Shown here piece after piece: positions 1 through 12,207 of a DNA stretch of 64,000 nt (positions are counted from its first letter, which is position 1; each line of letters begins with the position of its first letter). Source of the DNA: an uncultured cyanobacterium. GTDB taxonomy: Bacteria > Cyanobacteriota > Cyanobacteriia > Leptolyngbyales > Leptolyngbyaceae. The notes below the pieces were generated by a model that was not told the DNA's origin, made no database searches, and saw only the letters and a program-made list of their open reading frames with translations. The stretch is from contig CAVYAN010000105.1 of assembly GCA_963766075.1 (NCBI GenBank), positions 1 to 64,000 on the forward strand, written 5' to 3'. Both the position numbers and the translations under genes were made by a program.

Positions 1-372
1 GGTGTTTCGAGCAACGGCATGAACGGAAGAGAACGTGAGGGAACAGTCAAGATCCCGCGAGGATGAGCGGATACTCCGTCGCCGTAAGCGGACCTATAAG
101 ACGAAAGTCGAAGTGGTTTGCGATGCCGCGTGGGAAGTCGGAAGAGGCCATAGCGTAGCGAAGAGGGCGTGGACAGCAAAACCCGCCGGAGCGAAGGGCC
201 TGGACTCGAGCCATGCCAACAATGAAGGAGGGATTTGGTATTCCCGATGAGGCTCAACGCACGACGTTAGAAAAGGTCCGTGTACTTCAGAGGAAGCTAT
301 ACCGAGCGGCCAAGGCTCAGCCGCAACGAACGTTCGGAGTTCTGTTTGATAAGGTTTGCAGTCTGGAGGTGT
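1..372 (+). mobile_element. Group II intron, 5' portion only (end of DI, DII, DIII and start of the RT ORF); 3' part missing
   Basis: GGAAGTCGGAAGAGGCCATAGCGTAGCGAAG...GGAGCGAAGGGCC (133-200) resembles J2/3+DIII. It is followed by an RT0-like ORF. No RT1-7, DV or DVI follow. Confidence 0.85.
213..372 (+). pseudogene. N-terminal fragment of a group II intron reverse transcriptase/maturase
   Basis: EKVRVLQRKLYRAAKAQPQRTFGVLFDKVCSLEV matches the intron-RT N-terminus (LQRKLYRAAK..RF..LYDKV). The ORF then runs out of frame into SNF2 DNA and stops at 458. Confidence 0.85.
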
Positions 373-2530
<2,158 letters not shown>

Positions 2531-2544
2531 GAGGTCATGGAGCC

Positions 2545-3381
2545 ATGTCAAAATTCAGTCGCACGTGGTGGGGCCAAGAGTTTATTACCGCCATCGAGAA
2601 AATCACCGATGCGGGCCGACTCAGTCGGGGCCGCTCCTATGCCTCCGGCAACCGGGTCAAAAGTTTTACGATGGCCGGAAACCTCGTCACGGCCCAGGTG
2701 CGCGGCAAGGTAAATCCTTATTTTGGGGTGTATAAGGAACCGCTGTATCACACCACCATTGAAATGCAGACGATTAGCAAGGCCGATTGGACCCAGGCGA
2801 TCGCCCACATTGCCGCCAATGCGGGGTTTCTCTCTAAACTCTTGCTGAATGAAGTGCCCACCGACATTGAAACCGCATTTACCGCCCTGGGGCTGCACCT
2901 GTTGCCCCACAATCGCAAAGACTTCACCACCAACTGCTCCTGCCCCGACTACAGCAATCCCTGTAAACACATCGCGGGAGTGTATTATCTGGTGGCGGCA
3001 GAACTGGATAAAGATCCCTTTTTACTGTTTGAACTGCGCGGCTTATCCAGAGCCACCCTGCAAACTGAACTGGCGAAATCTCCCTTGGGCATGGCCTTGT
3101 CCCAGAACCTGGGGGCCGAGCTCGCCGCCCCCCGCGCCGTCGCCAGCTACTACACCCGCCCCGAACGAATGCCCCCACCCAAAACCATCAGTTTGCGAGA
3201 ATTCTGGCAAGGCCCCAAACGGTTACCGCCACTAGAACCACCGACCCCAGCGAACGTCCCGGCCATTCTGGTAAAGAAACAAGGCGACAATCCGCCCTTT
3301 TGGCAACAGCCTGCATCCTTCATCGCGACCATGGCAGAGCTGTATCAACGGGTGAGAACCAAGAACCGCGACCTGCTCTAG
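2545..3381 (+). CDS. SWIM zinc-finger protein, partner of SNF2
   Basis: N-terminal RTWWGQ..RLSRGRSYA and SWIM motif CSCPDYSNPCKH; SD-like GGAG upstream; 14 bp after the SNF2 stop. Confidence 0.9.
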   Translation: MSKFSRTWWGQEFITAIEKITDAGRLSRGRSYASGNRVKSFTMAGNLVTAQVRGKVNPYFGVYKEPLYHTTIEMQTISKADWTQAIAHIAANAGFLSKLLLNEVPTDIETAFTALGLHLLPHNRKDFTTNCSCPDYSNPCKHIAGVYYLVAAELDKDPFLLFELRGLSRATLQTELAKSPLGMALSQNLGAELAAPRAVASYYTRPERMPPPKTISLREFWQGPKRLPPLEPPTPANVPAILVKKQGDNPPFWQQPASFIATMAELYQRVRTKNRDLL

Positions 3382-3429
3382 AGAGTTTAAGTTTTTTAGA
3401 GTTTAGGTTTTTTAGAGTTTAGGTTTTTT
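3382..3429. repeat. 16-bp tandem repeat x3 (AGAGTTTARGTTTTTT)
   Basis: Fills the gap between the convergent SWIM and alkA genes; the third copy contains the alkA stop codon. Confidence 0.9.
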
Positions 3430-4054
3430 GGGGGTCCAAACTCCGCCACAAATACCAACTGGCGATCGTGCGGTAGGGGTGCCAGGGCTGAGCGACCTGT
3501 TCCATCGTTTTTTTGTTGGGCAGATCGGGCAGGGCATACACCCGCTGCATGGCTGTCCGCACCCCCAAATCGTCTACGGGCAAAACATCCCAGCGATGCA
3601 GTCGAAAAATGAGCAGCATTTGCACAGTCCAGCGGCCCACCCCTTTGACTGAAGTAAGGGCTTGAATAATCGCTTCATCTTCCATATCGGCCAAGGTTTC
3701 CAGCGTGGGCAACCCTGCCAACACCTTTTGCGCCAAATCTTTGATATAGATAGCCTTGGCGCGAGACAGTCCCACTCCCCGCAGCTCCTCGTCGGGGGTT
3801 TCCAGGATCGCGGCAGCGGTGGGCGTGTTGGCATAGAGTTGGAGGAAGCGGTGATGAATAGCACTCGCCGCTTTGGTGGACAGTTGTTGATGAATGATCG
3901 AGCGGGAAATCGAAAATAAGACATCGCCGGATTGTTGAACCTGATGGAGAGTACAGTCCCCTAGGCGATCGATCAAAGCCGCTAAAATCGGATCACTTTG
4001 CTTGAGGGTGGCAATGGCGATCGCATAATCAATTTCGGTGCCCCTATTACTCAC
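3419..4054 (-). CDS. alkA: DNA-3-methyladenine glycosylase (HhH-GPD family)
   Basis: IIHQQLS, helix-hairpin-helix LTSVKGVGRWT, LPVDDLG, W.PYRT.ASWYLW. Confidence 0.9.
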   Translation of the reverse strand: MSNRGTEIDYAIAIATLKQSDPILAALIDRLGDCTLHQVQQSGDVLFSISRSIIHQQLSTKAASAIHHRFLQLYANTPTAAAILETPDEELRGVGLSRAKAIYIKDLAQKVLAGLPTLETLADMEDEAIIQALTSVKGVGRWTVQMLLIFRLHRWDVLPVDDLGVRTAMQRVYALPDLPNKKTMEQVAQPWHPYRTIASWYLWRSLDPQKT

Positions 4055-4084
4055 GCGGTACTCCCCACACGATACTCCTCACAC

Positions 4085-4151
4085 GTTTTCAGTTCGTTTC
4101 GACTCCGCTCAACGAACTGAAAACCGCTCCCTGAGCGGAGTCGAAGGGAGC
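4085..4151. repeat. REP-like palindromic element (TTCGACTCCGCTC / CTGAGCGGAGTCGAAG family)
   Basis: 14-bp inverted repeat GTTTTCAGTTCGTT..AACGAACTGAAAAC plus the shared core; related copy at 19875-19948. Confidence 0.75.
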
Positions 4152-4181
4152 TATATCTTGATGTTATGACTTGACCATGCC

Positions 4182-4517
4182 TTAGACTCTTAAGCCGAAA
4201 TACGTGAGGACTAGGTCTGTCTCACCTGTATTGATAATCTCATGGATTTCCTGGGCTTCTACTGCCACGCAAGTGCCCGCTGCCAGGGGATACACCGTGC
4301 CATTAACGGCGATCGCCCCCACGCCCGACTCCACAAAAAACACCTCACACATATCCGCATGGGCATGGGCCGAGGAAATTTGACCAGGTGCCAACCGGGC
4401 CTGGGAAAAATTGGTTAAATGGGGCAAATCACCCAGCCGCAACATCACCTGTTTCCGGATTTCCGGATTGTGCGATACCGGCTCTGGTGGCAGCGTAGAC
4501 AAGGAGGATAACTTCAT
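4182..4517 (-). CDS. Cupin domain protein
   Basis: Cupin motifs HAHADMCEVFFVESG and EAQEIHEIIN. Confidence 0.85.
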   Translation of the reverse strand: MKLSSLSTLPPEPVSHNPEIRKQVMLRLGDLPHLTNFSQARLAPGQISSAHAHADMCEVFFVESGVGAIAVNGTVYPLAAGTCVAVEAQEIHEIINTGETDLVLTYFGLRV

Positions 4518-4606
4518 GGGCGGGTGCCGATCGCATCAATAAATGTGACTGAAAAAATATGACTGGAAAATTTGACTTGATAAATTATGACTGCAATGAC
4601 CTTGCG

Positions 4607-6334
4607 TTAGTATTTTCGCTCTTGGGGTGTAAATTGCGTAATCACCACAGGCCGATACTGAAGATCAACGCCAGTGCTGGAGTAAGAGGCCAAGGTGTGC
4701 TTTAGGAAATTAGTATCATCCCGCTGGGGATGGTCCTCGCGGTAATGGGAACCCCGGCTTTCCTGGCGGTGCAGAGCCGATGATAGGATCATCTCGCCAA
4801 CGATCATCAAACTGCGCAGTTCTAGAGCCTCAATCAGTTCCGTGTTCCACAGGGTGCCTTTGTCATCCAGCCGAATCTGGCGGTAGGTTTGCTGAATCGT
4901 TTTAAGTTGATCGATACCCGCCCGCATCACCGCGTCAGTGCGAAACACGCCGCAGTGGGTGGTCATGCAATCTTGGTATGCCTGCCGCACCTGAGCCACC
5001 CGATACTGGCCCGACTGCTCCAACAGCGCTTGCACATCCGCGCGCGCCGCCTCAAGATAGGGGGTTTCGTCGAGGTCGGGCAATTGGCGATCGCCCAGGC
5101 CGTGGGCGATCGCCGCCCCCGTCCGCTTGCCATAGACCACACACTCCAGCAGGGAATTACTCCCCAACCGATTGGCCCCATGGACAGAAACACAGGCCGC
5201 CTCCCCCGCCGCAAAAAATCCATCCACCACGGCATCAGCACTGCGGCGCACCTGACCGTTTGTGTTCACAGGAATGCCACCCATGGAGTAGTGCACCGTC
5301 GGGCGCACGGGCATCGGCTGATGCACCGCATCAATGCCCAGCAGGCGATGCGCTTCTTCCCAACAGAAGGGAATCCGGCTCATGATTTTTTCTTTGCCCA
5401 TGTGCCGTAGGTCCAAGTGGATGAACGGCCCCCCGGCACTGCCGTCGGCATGGATGCCCCGCCCTGCCCGAATTTCCAGAGTAATAGCCCGCGAAGTAAT
5501 ATCTCGGGGAGCCAGTTCCATACGACTGGGCGCATAGGTGGCCATAAAGCGATCGCCCGCACTGTTCACCAGATAGGCCCCTTCCCCCCGCACGGCCTCA
5601 GAAATTAATACACCAATGGGATAGAGGCCAGTGGGGTGAAACTGGACAAATTCCATATCTTGCAGGGGCAAGCCCGCGATCGCCGTCATGGCCAGTCCAT
5701 CCCCAGTAGATGCATAGTCATTAGACGTGGTGTTATAGACTCGCCCATAGCCGCCCGTGGCAAACATCACGGCCTTAGCGCGCACGACCTGCATCTGGCC
5801 GTCGGCAATTCGCAACATCAGCACGCCCTTGGCCTGTCCATCTTCCAGAATCAGCCGCAGCACATACCACTCCTCGTAAATCGTCACACCATAGCGCCGC
5901 AGATTGCAAATTAACTCATGCAAAATCGCATGTCCCGTCTTATCGGCAGCGTAGCAGGTGCGGTTGTGGGAATGGCCACCAAAGGCACGCTGAGCAATTT
6001 TGCCATTGGCCAAGCGGGAAAACAGCACACCCATCTGTTCCAAATCAATCACCACATCCGGCGCTTCCTGGGTAAGGATGGCCACCGCATCTTGATCGGC
6101 CAGATAGTCGGAGCCTTTCACTGTATCAAAGGCATGGGACTCCCAACTGTCCTGATCATCAACATTCTTGAGGCTAGCAGCCATGCCGCCCTGGGCAGCA
6201 ACGGAGTGGGAGCGAATTGGGTGGGTTTTGGCGACGATCGCCACTCGCAAACTGGGATCCAACCGCGCAATTTCCAGTGCCGCCCGCGCCCCCGCCAGCC
6301 CACCGCCCACAATAATGACATCCTGATCGATCAT
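4607..6334 (-). CDS. sdhA: Succinate dehydrogenase/fumarate reductase flavoprotein subunit
   Basis: GGGLAG, covalent-FAD site SHSVAAQGG, QFHPTG, HGANRLGSNSL, C-terminal ERKY; start taken at MIDQDV. Confidence 0.95.
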   Translation of the reverse strand: MIDQDVIIVGGGLAGARAALEIARLDPSLRVAIVAKTHPIRSHSVAAQGGMAASLKNVDDQDSWESHAFDTVKGSDYLADQDAVAILTQEAPDVVIDLEQMGVLFSRLANGKIAQRAFGGHSHNRTCYAADKTGHAILHELICNLRRYGVTIYEEWYVLRLILEDGQAKGVLMLRIADGQMQVVRAKAVMFATGGYGRVYNTTSNDYASTGDGLAMTAIAGLPLQDMEFVQFHPTGLYPIGVLISEAVRGEGAYLVNSAGDRFMATYAPSRMELAPRDITSRAITLEIRAGRGIHADGSAGGPFIHLDLRHMGKEKIMSRIPFCWEEAHRLLGIDAVHQPMPVRPTVHYSMGGIPVNTNGQVRRSADAVVDGFFAAGEAACVSVHGANRLGSNSLLECVVYGKRTGAAIAHGLGDRQLPDLDETPYLEAARADVQALLEQSGQYRVAQVRQAYQDCMTTHCGVFRTDAVMRAGIDQLKTIQQTYRQIRLDDKGTLWNTELIEALELRSLMIVGEMILSSALHRQESRGSHYREDHPQRDDTNFLKHTLASYSSTGVDLQYRPVVITQFTPQERKY

Positions 6335-6440
6335 GCTTTCCCATTCTGTAAGTGCCTCCATCGTCGCAAATTAAAAAAGTCCCCGCCAAAAGGCCAGGAA
6401 CTTTTTAAGAAAGAGTGGGGCTAATCCCCTTACTCAAAAT

Positions 6441-6752
6441 CTAATTTGCAGCCTGTAACGGGCGCTGCACTGGGCTACCCGCCGAAGCCTTAGCCAGTTC
6501 TGTCGCGGGATCAACCGTTTTAATTTCAATGTGATTCAGTAAGGTCGTGACAAAGGCAAACAGCAAAAACGGCAGCGACAATACCAAAATCAAGCCCACC
6601 GTAGCGAGGGCATAAAAAGGACGACTCGCACCCATCAGCGCCATTGCAGCGGCCAAACTGAGAAAAATCACAATCAGCCAAACCATAATCTGACCATACA
6701 CATCACCAAACGACAGGGTACAAACTAAGCGGTACTTGGATGCATTAGCCAT
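6441..6752 (-). CDS. Conserved cyanobacterial small membrane protein
   Basis: YRLVCTLSFGDVYGQI followed by two TM helices; likely start MANASK with GAGG upstream. Confidence 0.7.
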   Translation of the reverse strand: MANASKYRLVCTLSFGDVYGQIMVWLIVIFLSLAAAMALMGASRPFYALATVGLILVLSLPFLLFAFVTTLLNHIEIKTVDPATELAKASAGSPVQRPLQAAN

Positions 6753-6945
6753 GATCTGCCTCAGAAAGATTGTGTAGTGTGTAGCTATTACGGTAAAGCT
6801 AAAATTACACCCGTGCCCATTTCTCAATCTTTTAGAAAGGTTCGTAATAACACTTCATCGATTTTGGATTGGGGCCGCGGGGAGACCAGCGCGCAAAGGC
6901 CGCAGGGGCGGGAGTCCAGGCGCAGCGCCTTTGACCAACGCCCTC

Positions 6946-8178
6946 TCACTGCAGCAAGAGTGACAACGACTGCAAAGCGCCAATGACAAACCCCAGCACA
7001 CCGCCCAAATTCACGATCGCCTGCAACTCGCTTTTCACAATCCCGTTAATGCCCGCTTCCAAATCCTGGGGAGACGTCGCTTTCACACGATCAATAATCA
7101 CTTGGTCAATATTGAGAATCGGAATGGCTTGGGCGACAATTTTTTCTAAATCGCGCTCTAGGTAGCGATCGAGCACCAAGGCCAGTTCCTGACTCACAGG
7201 ACCAAGGGAAGCCGTGACCACCTCAGACGTTTGCAACCGATTCAGGATCACCGCCGCCAAATTCTCCCAATCTACCGATTTGCTCAGCTCCTGCAACAGG
7301 TCAGAGCCTTTGTCTTGCACATAGCTCCGCACGCTGTCCCGCAGAGTTTTGCGCAATTGGCGCACGGTGGAAATCGGCAGATTTTGCAGCGACAGATTTT
7401 GCAGCCATTCCTTCAAGCGCGGCGGAATCCCCAATTCCTGACTCAGTTCCCGAATCCGTTGATTACTAGAGGCTTTTTCGTCCAGGCAATAGGCACGTAA
7501 CCGCGTCAAGGCATTACGCACACCAAATAGGTTCGCCACCACCCAGTAGGTGCCGCTGGTTTTTTCCCGAAAGCCTTCATCAATCACTTGGATATTGCGA
7601 TCAGTCAAAAAGTCCACCAGGGTTTGCCGGACCACATCGGGAGGCAGCACTACCTCCAGGAGCCAATCCGCCAACTTGCTGGCCTGCTCATCCGTTAGTT
7701 GAAATTCCAGCAGCACTTGGTCAAAAATCTGGTTCAACTGGGCTTCCAGAAAGTCATCTCGCCGTGCCAGCACCTTGAACAACCTCGGCAGCGATTCCCC
7801 CAGCAAATCCCGCAGAATATTGGCGAGGATTTTGGCCGTTTTCTGTTCCTTATCCGCTTGTACCTGCTCTAAGCCTAACTTCAGCAACCACAGAATCGCC
7901 GCCTCGACCCGCTCCATTTGCAAGAGCCGTTGCGCCAGAGTTTGCAATGCCTCCGGAGTCAGCAGGGATCCCATAATCGTGTCAGAGATCCGCTTGGCCA
8001 GTCGTTCTTGGTTGCGGGGAATCAGACCGGGCGTGAAGGGCAACTGGCGATCGCCCACGTAAATCGCCTTATACGGACGAAACAGCATTTGAATCGCGAT
8101 GTCATTGGTGAAGTACCCAATCACACCACCGACGACTGGGGGACCAATGAACAACCAGAGTGTATGCAGATCTAACAA
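6946..8178 (-). CDS. DUF445 family membrane protein
   Basis: [19 protein letters not shown] at the N-terminus and [17 protein letters not shown] at the C-terminus. Confidence 0.88.
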   Translation of the reverse strand: MLDLHTLWLFIGPPVVGGVIGYFTNDIAIQMLFRPYKAIYVGDRQLPFTPGLIPRNQERLAKRISDTIMGSLLTPEALQTLAQRLLQMERVEAAILWLLKLGLEQVQADKEQKTAKILANILRDLLGESLPRLFKVLARRDDFLEAQLNQIFDQVLLEFQLTDEQASKLADWLLEVVLPPDVVRQTLVDFLTDRNIQVIDEGFREKTSGTYWVVANLFGVRNALTRLRAYCLDEKASSNQRIRELSQELGIPPRLKEWLQNLSLQNLPISTVRQLRKTLRDSVRSYVQDKGSDLLQELSKSVDWENLAAVILNRLQTSEVVTASLGPVSQELALVLDRYLERDLEKIVAQAIPILNIDQVIIDRVKATSPQDLEAGINGIVKSELQAIVNLGGVLGFVIGALQSLSLLLQ

Positions 8179-8257
8179 TTTTAGATTTCAGATTTTGGAT
8201 TTTAGGGTGGGTGCCGTTTGATTTGCATGCAACCTAGACGTGCAATCTAACAGACAC

Positions 8258-8941
8258 TCACGATTTAGTAGCAACCAACACTCCCATCGTACCGCCTGCA
8301 ATGGGGTAATGGGTCGCCACGGCAAATCCAGCCCGGTGAGCCAGGATGACTTGTTCCGGCCCCGTGGGAAACCGCTCCAGACTAGGGGCCAGATAGGCGT
8401 ATTCCGCTGTCAGTCCAAACTGCTTTGCCGCAGGGACCACTAGGGCATCCAAATACCACTGCTGAAAAGATTGAACCACAGCGCTAGAGGGACGATTGAG
8501 GTCTAAAATGGCGACCTTAGCCCCTGGCTTCAGCACGCGGTAAAGCTCCTTGAGACTGCGGGGAATATCGGTTACGTTACGCAATCCATAGCCCATGGTC
8601 GCCGCATCAAAATAGTCATCGGCAAAGGGAATGGCCAGCGCATCCCCCGTAATCCAGGTAATCGGCAAATTCTGGGTGCGCTGCCGCGCGATCGCCAACT
8701 GGGCCGTGGCAAAGTCCACCCCAAAAACCTGCCCCGTCGGACCCACCACCCGCCCCAACCGCCGCGCCAAATCGCCGCTGCCACAGCACAGATCCAGACA
8801 CGTATCCCCGATTTGCGCCCCACTCCATTTCACCGCCATCTGCTTCCAGACCCGGTGCAACCCCAGACTCAACCCATCATTGAGTTGGTCATACACGGGA
8901 GCAATGCGATCGAACAAATCACGGATTTCGTCAGAATTCAT
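8258..8941 (-). CDS. menG: UbiE/MenG methyltransferase (phylloquinone biosynthesis)
   Basis: FDRIAPVYDQLND, LDLCCGSGD, MGYGLRNV, RVLKPG. Confidence 0.9.
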   Translation of the reverse strand: MNSDEIRDLFDRIAPVYDQLNDGLSLGLHRVWKQMAVKWSGAQIGDTCLDLCCGSGDLARRLGRVVGPTGQVFGVDFATAQLAIARQRTQNLPITWITGDALAIPFADDYFDAATMGYGLRNVTDIPRSLKELYRVLKPGAKVAILDLNRPSSAVVQSFQQWYLDALVVPAAKQFGLTAEYAYLAPSLERFPTGPEQVILAHRAGFAVATHYPIAGGTMGVLVATKS

Positions 8942-9022
8942 GCCAGCACACCAGAGAATCGTGCCGCCATTTTACTATGCCCCTTTCGCCCCAGGGCAGA
9001 AGGCCAGGGGCATAGCAGACGC

Positions 9023-9364
9023 CTACAGCGGCGATCGCCCCGTCGTCAGCATTTGATAACCAACGGCCATGGAGACAAATGACAGCAAGAACTGCCACAA
9101 ACTGGTAGGGTTGAGCATCATCCGACTACTCACAAACACCAACACAACCCCGACCACAAGCGGGATCCAACCGATTTTCTTGTTTCTTCTGGGAAGAAAA
9201 ACAAGCATCAGCACCCCCGCCATCAGCGAAAGAATCGAAACATTCGCCGCTATTCCTCTCCACCAATACGGGGAGACATGGGTCGTAAATATAATGTTCC
9301 GCCCTAAGAAATAAATGCCCAGAATGAGAAGACCAAAGCCTAGCAATCTCAACACAAGTCTCAT
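9023..9364 (-). CDS. Small 4-TM hypothetical membrane protein
   Basis: Four hydrophobic segments; AGGA upstream; co-oriented with its neighbours. Confidence 0.7.
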   Translation of the reverse strand: MRLVLRLLGFGLLILGIYFLGRNIIFTTHVSPYWWRGIAANVSILSLMAGVLMLVFLPRRNKKIGWIPLVVGVVLVFVSSRMMLNPTSLWQFLLSFVSMAVGYQMLTTGRSPL

Positions 9365-9403
9365 AGGTTTCCTGAATGGAAGGGAATGCGTGCATTAAAA
9401 AGC

Positions 9404-10345
9404 CTAACACCCAGCACAGCAAAGGGCCAAGGCGACCTGTTGAGCGGACATGTGCACCATTAGCAACTCGTCCTCCCGCAGGGTGCAGGGCTGCTTCCAT
9501 TGGAGTGACAGCACCCCCAAAACCTGGCTCCGGTGGATGATCGGCACAATCAAATGCGCTTGGATGCCCGAAGCAGCATAATGTCCAACCCCAGACAACG
9601 TGGCATCAGCGGGAATGTTCACCGAGACTTGAATTTTTTGGGCAGCGATCGCCTCTGCAACCAGCGGATCTTCAGCCAGCCAGTTTTCCACTGCACCACA
9701 ACTGCTAAACGTACCTTGAGCACCCAACAAATGGGTCCCTTCAAGCAATTGCAGAATACAGCCATCGGCATGGAAATTCTTACCAAACGCCGTCGCAATG
9801 GGTACCAGACAGTCCTGGAGCGTATCAGCCTGTTGCGCTGCTTGGACAATCCCCGCCAGCAAAGCGCTTTGGGCCTGTGACCGTCGCAATTCTTCCGTCC
9901 GTTGCTTCAGCAACTCATAGGTTTCCGCCGCCCGCTGCACAACGGCTTTCAACTCATTGGGATCCCACGGCTTGGTAATGTACCGATACACCTGCCCAGA
10001 ATTAATGGCTTCCACTAAATCTTCTACATCGGTAAACCCCGTGAGAATAATCCGCATCGTATCCGGGAACTGAGGCACCGTGCGACTGAGAAACTCTGTC
10101 CCCTTCATCTCTGGCATCCGCTGATCGGAAATGATCACCGCAACTTCGCCTTCTAAGGCCAGCAATTCCAGGGCCAGTACGCCACTTTCTGCCTTGAGAA
10201 CATTAAAGTCACGGCGAAATGTCCGATACAGCAGATCAAGATTATCAGGCTCGTCGTCCACCACGAGCATCTTTGCTTTTTTGGGACGTTCTAGGGTCAT
10301 GAGTTGGCGACTAATAGCGTCCAGTTCCGGCACAGCGTAGTCCAT
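9404..10345 (-). CDS. Response regulator (REC + GAF)
   Basis: LVVDDE, IISDQRMP, ILTG, YITKPW; C-terminal GAF-like HLIVPI..VLGVLSLQ. Confidence 0.9.
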   Translation of the reverse strand: MDYAVPELDAISRQLMTLERPKKAKMLVVDDEPDNLDLLYRTFRRDFNVLKAESGVLALELLALEGEVAVIISDQRMPEMKGTEFLSRTVPQFPDTMRIILTGFTDVEDLVEAINSGQVYRYITKPWDPNELKAVVQRAAETYELLKQRTEELRRSQAQSALLAGIVQAAQQADTLQDCLVPIATAFGKNFHADGCILQLLEGTHLLGAQGTFSSCGAVENWLAEDPLVAEAIAAQKIQVSVNIPADATLSGVGHYAASGIQAHLIVPIIHRSQVLGVLSLQWKQPCTLREDELLMVHMSAQQVALALCCAGC

Positions 10346-10381
10346 GGGTGTACTTGAGCTCCTTCAAAAACCGAGCAATGA

Positions 10382-10909
10382 TTAAACAGAGGTATGCTCT
10401 ATTAGTCTTGCCCTGTTCTGAAAACTTCTACCACCCAGAGGATTAAATTTTCCAATCTCAGAACACGATGGAACCCGAGTCAGCCCCATGCAACACGGGC
10501 AAAATTTCGACCCTGCACAGCCGAAATTACATACAAAAAACACCGCAGGCAATCGGTATTGTCTGCGGTCAAAGCTTTGCTCTAAAGAGGCTAAAACGGT
10601 AGCCATTTGGCGGGCTGTAGAACTGGAGTCGTCTGGTTGAAACAGCGGTTCAGCAGCGGGGTCGTATTCCACCAGCCAATCTACAGACGTTGCGGTTAAA
10701 GGATCAGAAGGCACGTAGTGCGTAGCATTAGTAACATAGCCCACGTAGTTACCAATCAGACAATACACCGCCATCAAAGCGGCAGCAGAAAATGCAACCA
10801 ACGTCCCGGCCAGCATCAGGGAAAATTCGCGGCGGTCAATCGCTTCCTGCATCAAATGCAGGGACCAAGCAACCAATGCAATGACAATTGCCAAGATGGG
10901 TATCAACAT
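10382..10909 (-). CDS. Hypothetical membrane protein; true 3' end probably near 10580
   Basis: Two N-terminal TM helices (WSL..M..AIDRREFSLMLAG). A terminator lies inside the ORF tail. Confidence 0.6.
   Translation of the reverse strand: MLIPILAIVIALVAWSLHLMQEAIDRREFSLMLAGTLVAFSAAALMAVYCLIGNYVGYVTNATHYVPSDPLTATSVDWLVEYDPAAEPLFQPDDSSSTARQMATVLASLEQSFDRRQYRLPAVFFVCNFGCAGSKFCPCCMGLTRVPSCSEIGKFNPLGGRSFQNRARLIEHTSV
10535..10569 (-). terminator. Intrinsic terminator
   Basis: 12-bp stem ACCGCAGGCAAT/ATTGTCTGCGGT (one mismatch) with a U6 tract on the minus strand. Confidence 0.7.
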
Positions 10910-10995
10910 ATTACACATTGTAACAGTTACTCAGATTTTGGCGGCCATTATGAAATGGAAGAAAATCTTAAGAACCCGTGCGCCAGTCCCACCAC

Positions 10996-11766
10996 CTAGG
11001 GCTGACGCACAAGAATGTGGCGATCGCCCAAGTACTGCTTAATCTGAGCGACGGTTAACTGTCCGTAATGCAACAGCGACGCGAGGAGGGCTGCCTCCGC
11101 TTTTCCGTCCGTGAGAGCTTCATAAATATGTTCACAATTCCCTGCTCCCCCCGAAGCAATCACGGGAATATCCACCCGATCGGCAATGGTGCGGGTCAGT
11201 TCCAAGTCATACCCAGCCTGGGTGCCGTCTGCATCCATGCTCGTTACCAGCAGTTCTCCGGCTCCTCGCTGGGCCAGTTCCTCCGCCCAGGCGATCGCAT
11301 CTCGGCCTGTATTTTCCCGTCCCCCCCGCACATATACATCCCATCCCGGATTGGTCGGGTTCGGGCGACGACGCGCGTCAATGGCCACCACGATGCACTG
11401 ATTGCCATAGCGATCGCTGGCCCGGTTAATCAATTCCGGATCCCGCACCGCCGCCGAGTTAATACTGACCTTATCGGCCCCAGCCCGCAGCAATTGCTTA
11501 ATCGTATCCAAATCCTGAATGCCACCCCCCACCGTAAGGGGAATAAACACCTGCTCGGCGGTGCGGTAGACCACATCGAAAATAATGCCCCGATCTTCAT
11601 GGGTGGCCGTAATGTCCAGAAATACCAGCTCATCAGCCCCCGCATCGTTGTACACCTGGGCCAATTCCACCGGATCCCCAGCATCCTTTAAATCAACAAA
11701 ATTGACACCCTTCACCACGCGGCCCGCTTTGACATCCAGACAGGGCAGAATTCGTTTGGCCAGCAT
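10996..11766 (-). CDS. hisF: Imidazole glycerol phosphate synthase cyclase subunit
   Basis: [38 protein letters not shown]. Confidence 0.97.
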   Translation of the reverse strand: MLAKRILPCLDVKAGRVVKGVNFVDLKDAGDPVELAQVYNDAGADELVFLDITATHEDRGIIFDVVYRTAEQVFIPLTVGGGIQDLDTIKQLLRAGADKVSINSAAVRDPELINRASDRYGNQCIVVAIDARRRPNPTNPGWDVYVRGGRENTGRDAIAWAEELAQRGAGELLVTSMDADGTQAGYDLELTRTIADRVDIPVIASGGAGNCEHIYEALTDGKAEAALLASLLHYGQLTVAQIKQYLGDRHILVRQP

Positions 11767-11925
11767 GGGCGATCGCAATGAAAGGACAGAGCTTAGATTT
11801 TAGTGCATTTGCGCTGGCACAGTGGGGGACAGATTGGTGGACCAGATTAATTTTCTGCCCAATCCTGTAACGACACTGATACACTGATTCTTGGTCTATA
11901 AATCTTTAGAATTTTTAGAATTGTG

Positions 11926-12120
11926 ATGCAAGTAGGTCAACAGGTTAAGGTTTGTCGGTTACGAGATAAGGTTTCAGAGGCGATCGCGAAAAAGCTGGGC
12001 CAGGTGGGGACCGTCAAAGATTTCAAAATGACAGACGGCAGCGGCGTGGGCGTCCTCGTTGCCTTTGAAGATCAGTTTGCCACCTGGTTCTTTGCTGATG
12101 AAGTCGAGCCGACCGCCTAG
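11926..12120 (+). CDS. petP: Cytochrome b6f subunit PetP (DUF2862)
   Basis: VKVCRLRD..FKMTDGSGVG..TWFF; sits in the usual position upstream of ArsA-like and chlG. Confidence 0.85.
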   Translation: MQVGQQVKVCRLRDKVSEAIAKKLGQVGTVKDFKMTDGSGVGVLVAFEDQFATWFFADEVEPTA

Positions 12121-12207
12121 CCCCGGCTGCCAATGGGCATCCATCACAACGGGCAGTAAAACGATCCGCACCAAAACGATACACAGTGAGCTAGGAGCGC
12201 TAAATTC

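Noticed and set aside
4055..4125. A Yfr1 gene on the plus strand
   Set aside because: It has the 11-mer but no 5' hairpin or U-tailed terminator; the following hairpin is the REP-like element.
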